A stretch of 64,000 nucleotides of DNA from Cercozoa sp. M6MM (lineage: Eukaryota > Protista > Endomyxa: Ascetosporea): NCBI GenBank assembly GCA_040357565.1, contig JBDODJ010000052.1, one strand, 5' to 3'. Each line of letters opens with the position of its first letter. The stretch's first letter is position 1. Positions 30,794 through 45,496 of this stretch are shown here, piece by piece. The position numbers were made by a program, and so were the translations under genes. The notes under the pieces are model-generated. The model saw only the letters and a list, made by a program, of their open reading frames with translations, was not told the DNA's origin and made no database searches.

Positions 30794-32188
30794 CTAGAAT
30801 TTCCGCTTGGTACGTTCTTTAAACCGAGAGGCCAACTTGCCGTGAATCCACGGTACTACACCTGTCACAATACGCAACGGGTGGCATTAACACGATGGAC
30901 ATCAGACACAGGGTTTCGAAAGCCCAGTGAAAAAGCTGCTTTACCATCGTCGAGGTAGCAAGAGAATTGCGCATAGTACACTCGACCTTTTCGCAGATGG
31001 TGCTGAAAATGTCGCCTCGAACCGCCAAACACCCAAGGAACAACTTTATGTGGCTGCCACTGGAAGAAGTACAGTATTCTCGATATACTTTAACCAATTG
31101 TAAGTGCTGTACTATAAGTTTGATCGGTACCGGCAAGTTGTACCCGCTGTGTGCGTCACACAGGAGATACGTCACCGCGACATTGTGCACGATACGTGAG
31201 AGAGCGTGCACTGTAGTTTTCCTTCTTTTTCAGTCAACAATGTCAGCTATGATCCAGGTGTGTGTGATACATTTGAACGCGTTTAACACTGCGACGTTGA
31301 CGAGCACCTGTAAAGCTGCATCTGCGAAACTGTGTCGCACTGTTTCTGTTGCGTCGACAGGCGAGACCGTATGGTGTCTCAAGTGCCACTGTCGCAGATG
31401 ACGCACGATTGGACGCAAAAACTGCGGCACTTCTGCTCAAGCAGAGGACCGCCAGGGTTGCACAAACACAAATTAGTTTTTATAATCAAAGATTAGACTT
31501 TACCTTTGGCACTTAGGAAATGATCGTAGTGCATCATTAGATGAATCCAAAAGAAAATGAAATCGTATGCCCAGACGGAAGATGCGACTTGCATCACCAG
31601 CATGCGCATTGACGGAGCCTCTGTCTCCATACGACGCCTCGTTCCGAAAGCGTCTGAATTCAGCAGGCTAAGACGACACCGAGCGAACTGAGGTTAATCA
31701 TAGCATTGTTACCGTACAAGAGTATAGGAGCCAAATAGCCCAGTGCTGTGGCGATCCCCATTCGGAATCGATCCCATGTGAAAGGCCGAGGCGGTTCTAT
31801 GAGGACGAAAGCAAGCTTGTGTAGTGTCGGTAGTTATATTAACACAACGAACACTGTGTGTGCATTGAGTTTTACCCTGGTGCAGGCGATATCTGCGAAA
31901 AACGCGATATCATCAAGCGTGCGGTAGAATTTTACAAAGCTGCCAAAGCAAGCAATAGCGAGCAGTGGCTCAAAGCTGTCAGTTGCCACGATGGGAATCC
32001 TCCTTATTTGGTCATACACATGTCTCACTATTGCGTCTGCCCGCTTATCGACTATCGCGAATCCAAACAACAACAGAAGAACGCACCTGCCTGGCTTGCA
32101 TCGAACAGAACTTTGCTCAAGTTGTCGCAATGTGACAAAAACAGAGCGACTCACAAAGCAGTGTTGCAGTATCAACGCAGGGTGGCAT
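30794..32188 (-). CDS. Fatty-acid hydroxylase/sterol desaturase superfamily, cholesterol 25-hydroxylase-like
   Basis: His boxes appear after splicing: YDFIFFWIHLMMH, WHLRHH, DAHSGYNLP|WQPHKVVP..GG and RHFQHH. Hydrophobic segments present; basic C-terminus KERTKRKF-TAG. Confidence 0.85.
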
Positions 32189-32402
32189 GAGTTAGCTAAA
32201 GCAGTCCAACAGGTGGCGTTGCGAGCAACAACGCTCACAAGTGCTACTTGTACTGAAAGCCCGACAACAGCTCCCAAATCTCAATTTTCAAGCATTCTCA
32301 ATCTTTCTTTCTCACTTTCTCCAGAAGCGAAAGTTTAGATCTGAGAGCTGAGAGTACACGCTCTATTGTTAACTGAGTTGTGGCTTGTCTGCCGATCGAG
32401 TC

Positions 32403-34682
32403 ATGAGCGGGTTCGCGCCTGTCGAGGCAGCATGGAAATCTGTCGTTGCGGAGATACCGGTAGCTGCACATAATTTTAGTTCCCTTTTTGGTCACGGACA
32501 GCGAGCTTCTGTAGAAATACTGTCTCGACCTAAACGTTTGGTGGTTCGACACGCACTTATTGTCAGATGGTAACCTATGTCTCGACACAGTCGGGATTCT
32601 GCGGAGTGTTTGGGGAGCAGATCCAGTCAGCATGTACGAGACCGATCGCGAGCTGAAACAAGTCACTCCGACTGCAGCCGTTCGCAAGTTTGTGAGAACC
32701 AGGGTTTTGGCTTCTTTCGTTGCTTTGGCTGAGCAAGAGGCAGAAAGTAAACTATCTAATCGTATCTCTAATTTCTTTGGATATTGCACAACGACATTAG
32801 GTGGATTAAATGACCTCGCGACTCACTTATGCACGCTTCGAAACAAGAAAACCCAAGTGCGCGAAACACTAGCTGTATTTTGTGCCCTCCCATCTAAGTT
32901 TGTCGCATTTGAAGGGTGAAACTCTAGGTGTGGATTCGCAAGTTGATCTGGTGGGGCCGTTTCGAAGATCGATTCGATGACCAGCTGGATCATGCAGTTG
33001 TATCTTTGTGTGCTTCATATGCTGATATGTCAAACCCAAAACAACTTTGTTTGTTTGAGTAGTCAGTTCTCTTGGCGACAGATGAAATGCTGCGGGAAAC
33101 CGACGCATTTCCCGACAGCGTGCGGACTTCACTGTTGTTTCTGTATGTAAATTCACTAGTAAAATATATCCCGTCCAGTCACCAATAAGTGAACAGTTGT
33201 TGTGTGCGCACAGACTGGTGCGAGAACTGGTGGTGCTGCCTGAGGTGGCTTCGGGAACGGTACGTGGCATTGCGCGTGCCTGGCGCAAGGTCGTCGACAC
33301 GGGACGCTGCGACAGTGTCACCGCCGTCGCACGACTTGGTCTGGTACAACGCATGGTAAGCTTGTACACAGACTCAAAACACGTCGTCTGCAGGAACTGG
33401 AAGACCCGTTTTCTTTGTTCACGTCGGTGATGCCGCTCTTGCCGCAATGCGGCAACATCTATCAGAGCAACTGCATCGGCCCGATGATGCATGTGCTGTT
33501 CGATCTAATCGGCGCTGTGCTGCGGCATCCTCTCTATGTAAATTTACTCACCATCTCTGAGGGCTCTAACTATAACTTACTTCCACCCCTGCGCAGGGGG
33601 CGAAATGGCGCGTCCACCCGAAAGCCTACCAGTTTGCGTGTGACACCTTGTGTGCCAACTTAAGCTTGTTTCGACATTGGTTGCACGAGCGTACTTTCGC
33701 ACAGGTCCGTTTCTCCTACTTTTCCCTCAGCTGAACGGAACGAAACCAAGCGTATATCGATGCTTGCAGGTTATTGCACCACTCAAGGACAGCAAGCAGT
33801 ACTCGAGTGATTGTGACGTGAATGGACGTGTCATGAACCGCATCTGTTCTCGCCCCAATGGAGATATGATCATGTACGTCCAAACACAGCAGCCAGTGTT
33901 CTGGTGATTGTTGGAATGCTCGCCTGCAGGTACCTGTGGAACCACGTGCTACTGCAGCACACGCCACTTGTGCTGTTCAATCGCTCGTTTTGTGGACGGC
34001 GAGTTGGTCTCGTGTGCGGAGGTAAATTAGTGCTTGTCGATTGTAACAATTTAAAACTTATATCAATATGCGGTTTGCGAAATGTTGACACGGTTTCTCT
34101 TGAATACAACAGAGACTGCCGGTGTTGTGCGTGATGAGACGCACTCTATTCAAACTGTTCTAAGACAACTTGTGGTTCCCTGATTTCTACGGCTTGTCTT
34201 TCTGGTACATTATGGTGCAGTAGATCGCCACACGGGAACTGCGTCTCTTAAACGAGGCCACTTTAGCTCTACCACGACTTCCGAACGGAACGCCGGTGTT
34301 TCACTACCCTGCTGGAGAACCTGCACCTGAGGTAATTTATATACAGGTTAGTTGTACTCATCTTGTTACTGTCAGGCTTTGTAGAATCAGCGTGCTACCG
34401 AAACTGTCTTGCGAGATGCGTCCATCATACTCAAGACAGCAATTTCTAGGTGCACCGAAGTAGGCACACATGCCAACATTGTCGCAAACTTCTTTGATGC
34501 GTAGCTTCTCCTCTGCATCTAAGTGTAGTATCATTTGGTTTGGTTTGCCAATGCAGCTTCTTCGTGTCACTTTTCACGATGCGTGATCCGCAGGACGTGA
34601 TGTCACACCCTGATATGTGGCAAGATGGAGTGCACTTGGAGTGGGATGTGCAACGGTGCCAACACGCGAGGTCTTCTGCTTC

Positions 34683-34762
<80 letters not shown>

Positions 34763-35103
34763 CTTGCCTGCCTGCAGCTACGCCGACGACAACGTGCAGT
34801 CGGTGATGTCGGAGCTGTTACTACCCGTGACGGTGCCAAAGTCGTCCCAGGTGTACGCGATAGGGGCAAAGTCGCGCGACACACTGCACAAGCGGTTCGC
34901 ACAGCGCATTCTGCAGTACCTGATATCTGCGGGTGGGTTTACCACAAAATGAAAGATGAACAACCACATTCACGTGTCTTGTACCGTCTACGTGTGCAGA
35001 TGCTCCGAATGGCGTCGTCGATATCGCACCCATGATCGCACTGTTTTGCGGCCTAGACGCACACGACCTTCTGAAACACGCGGCTCGCACGCTGACTATT
35101 TAG
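32403..35103 (+). CDS. Hypothetical multi-exon protein
   Basis: Begins MSGFAPVEAAWKSVVAEIP|gtagct, followed by many short GT-AG introns. Last exon DAPNGVVDIAPMIALFCGLDAHDLLKHAARTLTI-TAG. No recognised domain. Confidence 0.55.
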
Positions 35104-35347
35104 TGCCCCACGTGCACGGGCCGTGGATCAGAATCTCAGCTAGAATACAAACGCGAATCAAAAGCTGTTTTTGTGCTGCTTAAGCTGGTGCTAAATCATT
35201 CTATTTGCCTTTGTAAACCGGAAAATGCAAGGATTTTGGGATGGGGCATCAAACATGAGCAGCCCATGGCTAAGAAAATGCAAAAGGAACGGAAGGTAAG
35301 TTTTCGTTCCAGCGCTGCAATATTGCAGCGCTACTGTGATCAGTGGC

Positions 35348-38443
<3,096 letters not shown>

Positions 38444-38688
38444 GCTTTCGTGTCGGAGATAACTGAGCTCGATGATAACTCGTCGGTCAGTTGTTGCAGC
38501 TGCGATTTCCGGCTCTGCCAGTCCCGCGAGGAGCGCATGAGCATGGAATCAGAAATGAAGGTACCTGCAACGATTTAATCAGTCACGCACCAGTGCACAG
38601 TTGTGTGCATACCAAATTTAAGTGAAAAATGCAAGCATTAAGTCGTTTTTCGCTGGCCGCGCGGTCATTGTGTTCTGCGCGGACCAGA

Positions 38689-38974
38689 ATGCTGTCGTCG
38701 ACATCAGACGTGTCGGCGTTTTTCCAGGAGGAGCGCGAGCAGCAAGTTCTGCAAGACGACAGGTGCACAAACACACGCATCAGTTGCTCTTTTAATTGCA
38801 TTTGTTGAATTGTTTCGACAGGGAAGTGAACTTTGGTGGTCACAAGGCGTCCATGGCCGACGTTGCCAAGTTCTTCCGAGGCGAGGTACTTTTTGATGGA
38901 AGCATGGATTGTGTGTGTTTTTGTTGTTGTTGCTGTTGCTGTTGCTGTTGTTGTTGTTGCTGTTGCTGTTGTTC

Positions 38975-39035
<61 letters not shown>

Positions 39036-40729
39036 AAAGTGTACATGCAGAGTGAGGAGTGTGCGGAAGTAGGAGGCGAGGTCGAAGAGGATGAGAGTGC
39101 TGTCGCGCCCGCTGATATCGGTACATCTTATCACTCCGTTTCTGCCGGAGAATAGGTTTGGTTGTGCTGTAGAGGAGTTGTGGCACAAAAACGTGATGCA
39201 CCTCAAACTGCACCGAGTCGCCAGTGTCTCCTCACACGAGGGTTTCTTTTGTGCATACTAGTGTAACGATGTCCATGCTGTCTGGGGGGCTATAGGAATG
39301 CAGAGGGCCGTGGATTCGATTGAACTGCACGGCAACGACGAGGCTGTCAAGCGCAGTATCGAACTGGTACAGCATCCGCGCGGACACGTGATACGTCTGA
39401 CTGAACATTGCTTAGTGCAGGTAGACCGAGGAGAGTTCGTGCCGTCCTGGCTGCCGAATGCGTACGAGCTGAGCGACACCACTCCGAGTATCTTGAGTTC
39501 TTACCCCCCTCGTGTCTTTGACTGTTCGTTTGTCACTCAGTTGGCCACGGTGCCGCGCTGGTGCCGCCCTTTGTCCCGATCCTGTGCATGCGTTTGCTGG
39601 CTCACACGCTGCGTCGGCACGCCGAGCAACAGCAGTCGCGTCCTGTGCGTATCCTCAATCTCGGCACTGCCACAGGGTAGATGTCCTGCCTGTCTGGATT
39701 CTGTGTGTGCGTGTGTACATGCATCGCATTCTCAGCTATGTGCCTGCTCTCCTGGCGATGTTGGCTCGCGAGTGCGGTTGTTCTGACGTTCACGTGCAGG
39801 TATGTCAGAGCAACCAAAAAGACAGCAGGGGGTAAATAAAGGTCGTTGTGACATAGGGCGTTGAGCACGTCGCCGAACTCGCCGAGGTTTCGCGTAGCAA
39901 CCTGTCGCGTGTCCTCGCGGATACCGGTGTCTGCTGGGACGTTGCCACCGACTGCATGTTCGACCCGCAACTTGAGGTGCTTGCGCTGCATCAGTACGCA
40001 TACACACACTTATATGTATATATATATGTGTGTGTGTGTGTGAATAGTGGCACACTGAACTTTACGACGTTGTTCTGATCAACGGCGGCGTCGCTGGGGT
40101 GGAGCCTCTGTGGATGCGTGCCTTGCGACCAGGCGGACGTCTCGTGGTGCCACTCGGTCTGCGTGATCAGACCCTTATGCTGACTTGCAAGGGGTACTTC
40201 TGTTGTCACAAAGGTGTGCGTATATTGCATTTGTGTGTGTTCTTACAGTGAGGACGAGGAAGTCAAGAGATGGAAGTGTGTGTCCATGCTGCGTTTGCCC
40301 AGTCTGACACCGCCCGACTCAGTCGGCAATGATACTCTTGGTACTTGCTCGACTTTTGGCTTCTTGCGTGGTTGCTGCTATCGATACAACACACTGTCCA
40401 TCTCAATCAGCTCGTCTGTCGCAACAGGTGCAAGATTTGCACCAGCGTGTCCGTGAGGCCAAGCAACGCCTCAGTATCGATGTACCATTTGTGCCCTCTC
40501 ACTGCACACATTGGAACCTCGGGTTTCTCTCTTGTCGCAGGGTGCTCCGGTGTCTGCGAGAGAACTCATGGCCGACAAGGATGCCGCCAAGGTGAATATT
40601 TCTGTTCGGTTAACCATGGCAAAAAACTCACAACTGTGATTTCAGGCGCTGCGCAAGCTGCCCGTACTGCAACGCAAGCTTGACGAGGAGCGCCGCCGTC
40701 GCGCCAAGCTTGGGCCTGTGCGGGCATAA
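38689..40729 (+). CDS. Protein-L-isoaspartate O-methyltransferase (PIMT/PCMT)-like protein with N- and C-terminal extensions
   Basis: Motifs VDRGEFVP..NAY..DTTP|IGHGA, motif-I-like ILNLGTATGY, VQGVEHVAELAEVSRSNL, YDVVLINGG and ALRPGGRLVVPLG. Confidence 0.75.
38921..39035. repeat. (TTG/CTG)n trinucleotide microsatellite in an intron of the PIMT-like gene
   Basis: Lies between the gtactt donor and the catgcag acceptor. Confidence 0.95.
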
Positions 40730-40787
40730 GAACACAGGCACTCCGACTCGACCGGACTGCCCACCTTACGATTAGTTCACATGTACA

Positions 40788-41028
40788 TGTTACTGCGGTA
40801 CAATGGCCGAATCAGTAATACAAAGGAGGGACTAAATAAAGCATTTAAATTAAAGACGGAATACCCTACTGGGTCTCATGGTGATCCCACTGGATCTCAA
40901 GGTGATCTCACTGGAGCTCGACCGAAAGAAGCCGTCCTTTATCGTATTGCGTTAAAGAAGCCGTGCCTAATCGGGGCGGGTCAAGGCAATGAATGACCGG
41001 ACGCGACTACTGTAAGTGCGCAGTAACA
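40788..41028 (+). mobile_element. Solo-LTR-like / MITE-like element, copy A (241 bp)
   Basis: Termini TGTTACTGCG...CGCAGTAACA form a perfect 10-bp inverted repeat. TACA flanks both sides (40784-40787 and 41029-41032). Homologous to 58458-58864 (minus). Confidence 0.8.
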
Positions 41029-41060
41029 TACAAGTTCACAAAGTTAACGTGTTAGCTACG

Positions 41061-44000
41061 CTAGCTAGTTGCGGGGCCGGGGTCTCCCTCAGGCGCACGC
41101 GCACGTTCATGGTCACAATCACTCGTGTTCGCAGATGCCTCCGCACTGCAGCTTGGGTACTCGTCTTTTTTCGCGCACATAAGGTGCGCAAATACACTCT
41201 CCTGCAACCCAAAGTAGGCGTATATGGATGCAAGGGGAGGGGTATGAGAGTAATGTAAAGGCACCAGCAAGGCGGCGTAGTACTCGCTCTCACTGGTACC
41301 GCGTGAGCGCGAGCGTGTGCGCAGATTCGTAAGTGCCCAGACCACCTGGGGGAGGGGTAAGGGGTAGGGTAGGAGTAGGAGTAAAGATGCAGTACCCGAG
41401 GCAGCCGGTACAGCTTGGCTTGGACCGTGCAGAACAAGAAAATTGGAAAGAAAATGTCGGCACCGATCGCTTCATCTACCGGGGGGGGGGGGGGGGTTAA
41501 TCGGCCACACCTCGCAGCCCAAAGGGGGGGGCGGGTGAACATACTATGACAGGCAGTATCGTCGGGACGACGACAGCGGCGGTACTGCTGCGCCAGTTCA
41601 TGCATCAGTTCGACCGCGTCCTTCAGGCAGCACAGGACTACAACGGGGGTTGTGTGTGTGTATGTATGTATATGTGTGTGTGTGTTAAGTGGCCAAGCGT
41701 ACTGGCAGACGGTTCGTAAAGGTCGCACAGACGTGCCAAAAGTTCGATCGCTCTGGCGTAAGGTTTCTCGCTACAGGGGGGGGGGGGGGGGGCGGTAAAG
41801 GGTAAGGGGTATAAGGTAAAGGGTAAGGGGTATAAGGTAAAGGGAAAAGGGTATGAGGTAAAGGGTAAGGGGGTATAAGGTAAAGGGTAAGGGGTATAAG
41901 GTAAAGGAAGAGGTAGAGCTAAAGGGCTATGGGGCCGAAGACATCCCTACCCCGGCAGAGAGTGTATCCGCTGTTCTCGCTGTTGCGACAACTGCAGCGA
42001 CAACTGCGAACCTTTCGACGTTTCTGGAGGCGGGGTGGAGAGGGGTAGGTAAAGGGAGTAAGAGGGGTAAAAGGGGGTAAGAAACTACGCGAGCTGAATG
42101 TCCGTGTCGACTGCGAGGACGATGTCGCAGTGCTCACTTCGATCCTACCGGGGGGGGGGGGGTAAAGAGGGCGGGGGGGGGGGGGGGAAGAAGTTACGGC
42201 TCCAACAGAGGCGAAGCGACGCCGCCAGTTTGCGTGTGTCGTCGCAACACATCTATGACGGAGGTGGGGGTATGAGGGGGTGGCTGGGGAGGAAGAGAAA
42301 CTCTACCAGGCGAGCGCGAAAACGACAACGAAAAATCGACGTCGTCGATGTCACTGTCGACGTGGTGGCTGGCCACTACAGGAGGGGGGCAAAGTGGATG
42401 GAGATAAGAGGGTGCGGGGGGGGGGGGGNNNNNNNNNNNNNNNNNNNNNNNNNNNNNNNNNNNNNNNNNNNNNNNNNNNNNNNNNNNNNNNNNNNNNNNN
42501 NNNNNNNNNNNNNNNNNNNNNNNNNNNNCCCCCCAGATACCAACGAGCGGACTGAGGTGCGCGCTGAGTCGAATGTTGCGACTCACCGACAGGCCGGGAT
42601 CAACGACGGTGTCACTGATCACTGAGTGATCGCGATGATGATCGCGGTGATAATCCACGATGTCACTCTGGGTATCAGCGACGGTGTCGTGACCCAGGAC
42701 GGCGATGTGCTCGCTCACCGTGTCGTTCAGCGTGTCGTTCAGCGTTTCGTTCAGATTGACTGTGAGGGGCAAAGAGGTAAAGAGGTAAAGGGTGGTGGGT
42801 GATGGGGGGGGGGGGGTATAACTTCGCACACCAGTGGCGTCGTGCTCGTAAAAGGACTCGTTAACACGTGCCGCCAGTGACATGCGAGTCATAGCACTGT
42901 CGTCACCATCACCGTCACCGTCACCGTCACCGACATCAAGGACGGTGTCGAAACTGTCGTTGCTGTTGATGCCGCCACCGTCACTGCCGCCAGTGGCACT
43001 GTTGATCGATCGGTCGATCGAGAGGTCCGCAAAGCCCTCCGACGACAGGTCGCACTGCAAGAGACATCGGGTAAATACGGGTAAGGGAGGGCAAGGGATA
43101 CGCGCCAACACACCGACCGAAACTCATCATCGATCCCGATTTCTTTCTCGGACAACAGCGACATCCCTGCAGATTAGAGGTGGGGGGGGGGGGATGCAAG
43201 GGGAGGGGGTAAGTACACTCCAACTGTCGCCGCAGCACAGCTTCGTTGTTCTCAAAGCGCAAAAAACGTCCTTCGGCGGCGCGTCCGTGCGCCACGACGC
43301 CGGCACTACGGGGGGAGGGTAAAGGGGTAGGGAGGGGAGGGGGTAAAGGACCAGTGGCCTACCTGGCTAACTGTCGCAGCAACAAGCGGCGCACCAGAAG
43401 TGCCAGCAATCCCTTGAGTGACCTCCTGTGGCAAGGGTAGAGAAGGGGTACAGGGAGGAGTAAAGAGAGGGGTTAAAAAAGGGGTAAAGGGAGGGAAGGG
43501 AAGGGTAAAGGGAGGAAAAGGAAAGGGTAAAGGGAAGGGCAAAGGGGGGTAAAAGGACAGGTAAAAGGACGGGTAAAGGGAGGGGTAAAGAGAGGGCTAA
43601 GGGGGTAAAGCAGCACAAACCTCGGCGCCAACGCGCTCGCGAATTCATCGGCAAAACTCAAAAACTCACGGATCTCCGATGGCTACAATATGTCCATATT
43701 GGACAAGCACCGGTACAGATGTACATACAGACTTTATGTACAGTGCAATTGTACCAAAATTAACTCATTGTCTTTGGCTCGAAAACTGCGCAGTTGCGAC
43801 CGCAGCAGTTTGCCGTGTTTTCTGGGGGTAAGGGGGAAAGGGGATAAGAGGATAAGGAGATAAGGGGATAAGGAGAGAAGGGGACAAGGGAATAAGGGGA
43901 TAAGGATAAGGAGTGATGAATACCTCCTGGTGTCAAACAAAACGGCGAACAGCTCCTCTTCGGCCCGCGTGCACACCTGCAGTCAACATAATGATGCATA

Positions 44001-45385
44001 GACATTACCCCCCCCCCCTTACCCCTACCTGGTACACGGGCCGACTTTCGTAGAAAGCACTGGCGAGTGTCAGCAGACGTTCCACGCGCTGCCTGGTCGA
44101 CAGTGACTCTAACTCTGGGATAGGAGAAGGGGGTAGAGGGGTGGGAGGTGGGAGTCAAGATGGGTACCTTTCACATTGACCTGTGCTTGCGTCAGCTGTT
44201 TTCGACACGTGTCCCACACTTGCTCCTGCATCAAGGTCGGGGTAAAGGGTAAGGGGTAAAGGGTAAGGGGTAAAGGGTAAGGGGTNNNNNNNNNNGGGGT
44301 AAAGGGTAAGGGGTAAAGGGTAAGGGGTAAAGGGTAAGGGGTAAAGAAGGTAAAGGAAACTGCACCTCAGCAGTTGTGTCGCGCGACCGAGCGCGCACAC
44401 AACTCGACAACGAGAAACGCGACAGGCGCCGGAACTCGCCTTCCGTATCGACACCTGTGCCAGTAGGGAAAGTAGAGGGGACGAGGGGCAAAGAGAGGGT
44501 AAAGAGGGGAGTAAAGACACGCACCCAAGCTGACCGAGGGCCCGGAGAAACCGCTGCCGTGCAACTGAGCGTACGCCAGCGAGGCTTGCACATCCTGCCA
44601 GAAGGATTAAATGGGGATGGGGTGGGGTAGAGGAAGTTAAAGCTACCAACAGTGTCGAGATACGCAACTCCATGTTCTCCAGTTCGTTCCGCAGTCTCCG
44701 CGTCGACATCTCTGAGTCAAGAAGTCAATATCCCCCACCTCGAAATAGAAGACACAGGGCAGTACCACGAGCAGCACACAGAGTCCGCAGCGCCAAAAGC
44801 GAGCGACGCCATGCAAAAGCAAGCTCGCATTGCGCACGTTGAAAGGCAAGTTTTTCCTGTTTGAAACAAGCGACTTCTCTCTCCACAACTCGACTGAACT
44901 CAAGGTACGCGTTTCGCAGCTTTCTTGGTGTACTTGAGCGCCGACTTTTCCAGTGCGGCGAATTTCTTTCGCCAGGTTTTTATTGTGCGTTTTATTGCGC
45001 GCAACTGTTCATCCCAAAAAGTGACCTATGTCATATCCTGGTGAACCCCGTCGTACCTGCTGCTTGAGCAGAGAAATCTCTGCCTCGCGCAATGGCCTCG
45101 GTCTCTTCCTGTGCCCTAGTCAGACAGTTGATATTCAATACGCGCATACAGGCACAAGAAAAGCTACTAGGACGAGGTGAAGTCGGTTTCTCCGCCTGGA
45201 ACAACAATTAAATGATAAGACGTTCGGGTCTGCCAACGACTCCGGGGCAAATAATGTACCTCATTAAAATAGTCTTCTGAGACTGTGAAACGCTGCAGCA
45301 GCCTACCCGAGTGCATACCGAGTAAACAAAGTCTCGGGGGAACGTTCAACACTGCGATTGCTTCTATCCGCGAGCCACATTTCAT
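41061..45385 (-). CDS. VPS9-domain protein (putative Rab5-family GEF) with N-terminal coiled coil
   Basis: C-terminal IGADIFFPIFLFCTVQAKL..P and SESEYYAALL|ESVFAHL match the VPS9 GADDxxP and ExxYY motifs. N-terminal helix LLKQQVTFWDEQLRAIKRTIKTWRKKF. Start is uncertain (45385 or 45316). Two N gaps lie in introns. Confidence 0.72.
41794..41906. repeat. Intronic minisatellite, about 5 copies of GGTAAAGGGTAAGGGGTATAA
   Basis: Read directly from the sequence. Confidence 0.9.
42429..42528. other. 100-N assembly gap inside an intron of the VPS9 gene
   Basis: Run of n flanked by a G-run and a C-run. Confidence 0.99.
44239..44345. repeat. Intronic telomere-like array (GGGGTAAAGGGTAA)n interrupted by a 10-N gap
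   Basis: Read directly from the sequence; true length is unknown because of the gap. Confidence 0.9.
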
Positions 45386-45496
45386 TTGTTAAGGCCGCGC
45401 CGTTTGGAGGGATGCTTGCTGTTTCTCATTGTTTAGATACGCCACCAGAAGTTTAAGCATTGTGAACACGTATCCACGTTGTTCCACTGTTTGGAA

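Noticed and set aside
38583-39206. Poly-N/poly-T/poly-Q/poly-C ORFs, and all CVCV/HTHT ORFs
   Set aside because: They are translations of intronic microsatellites.
44643-44903. ORF with NVRNASLLLHGVARFW, resembling the Rad21/Rec8 N-terminus
   Set aside because: It is out of frame with the spliced VPS9-gene model and has no other cohesin motifs.
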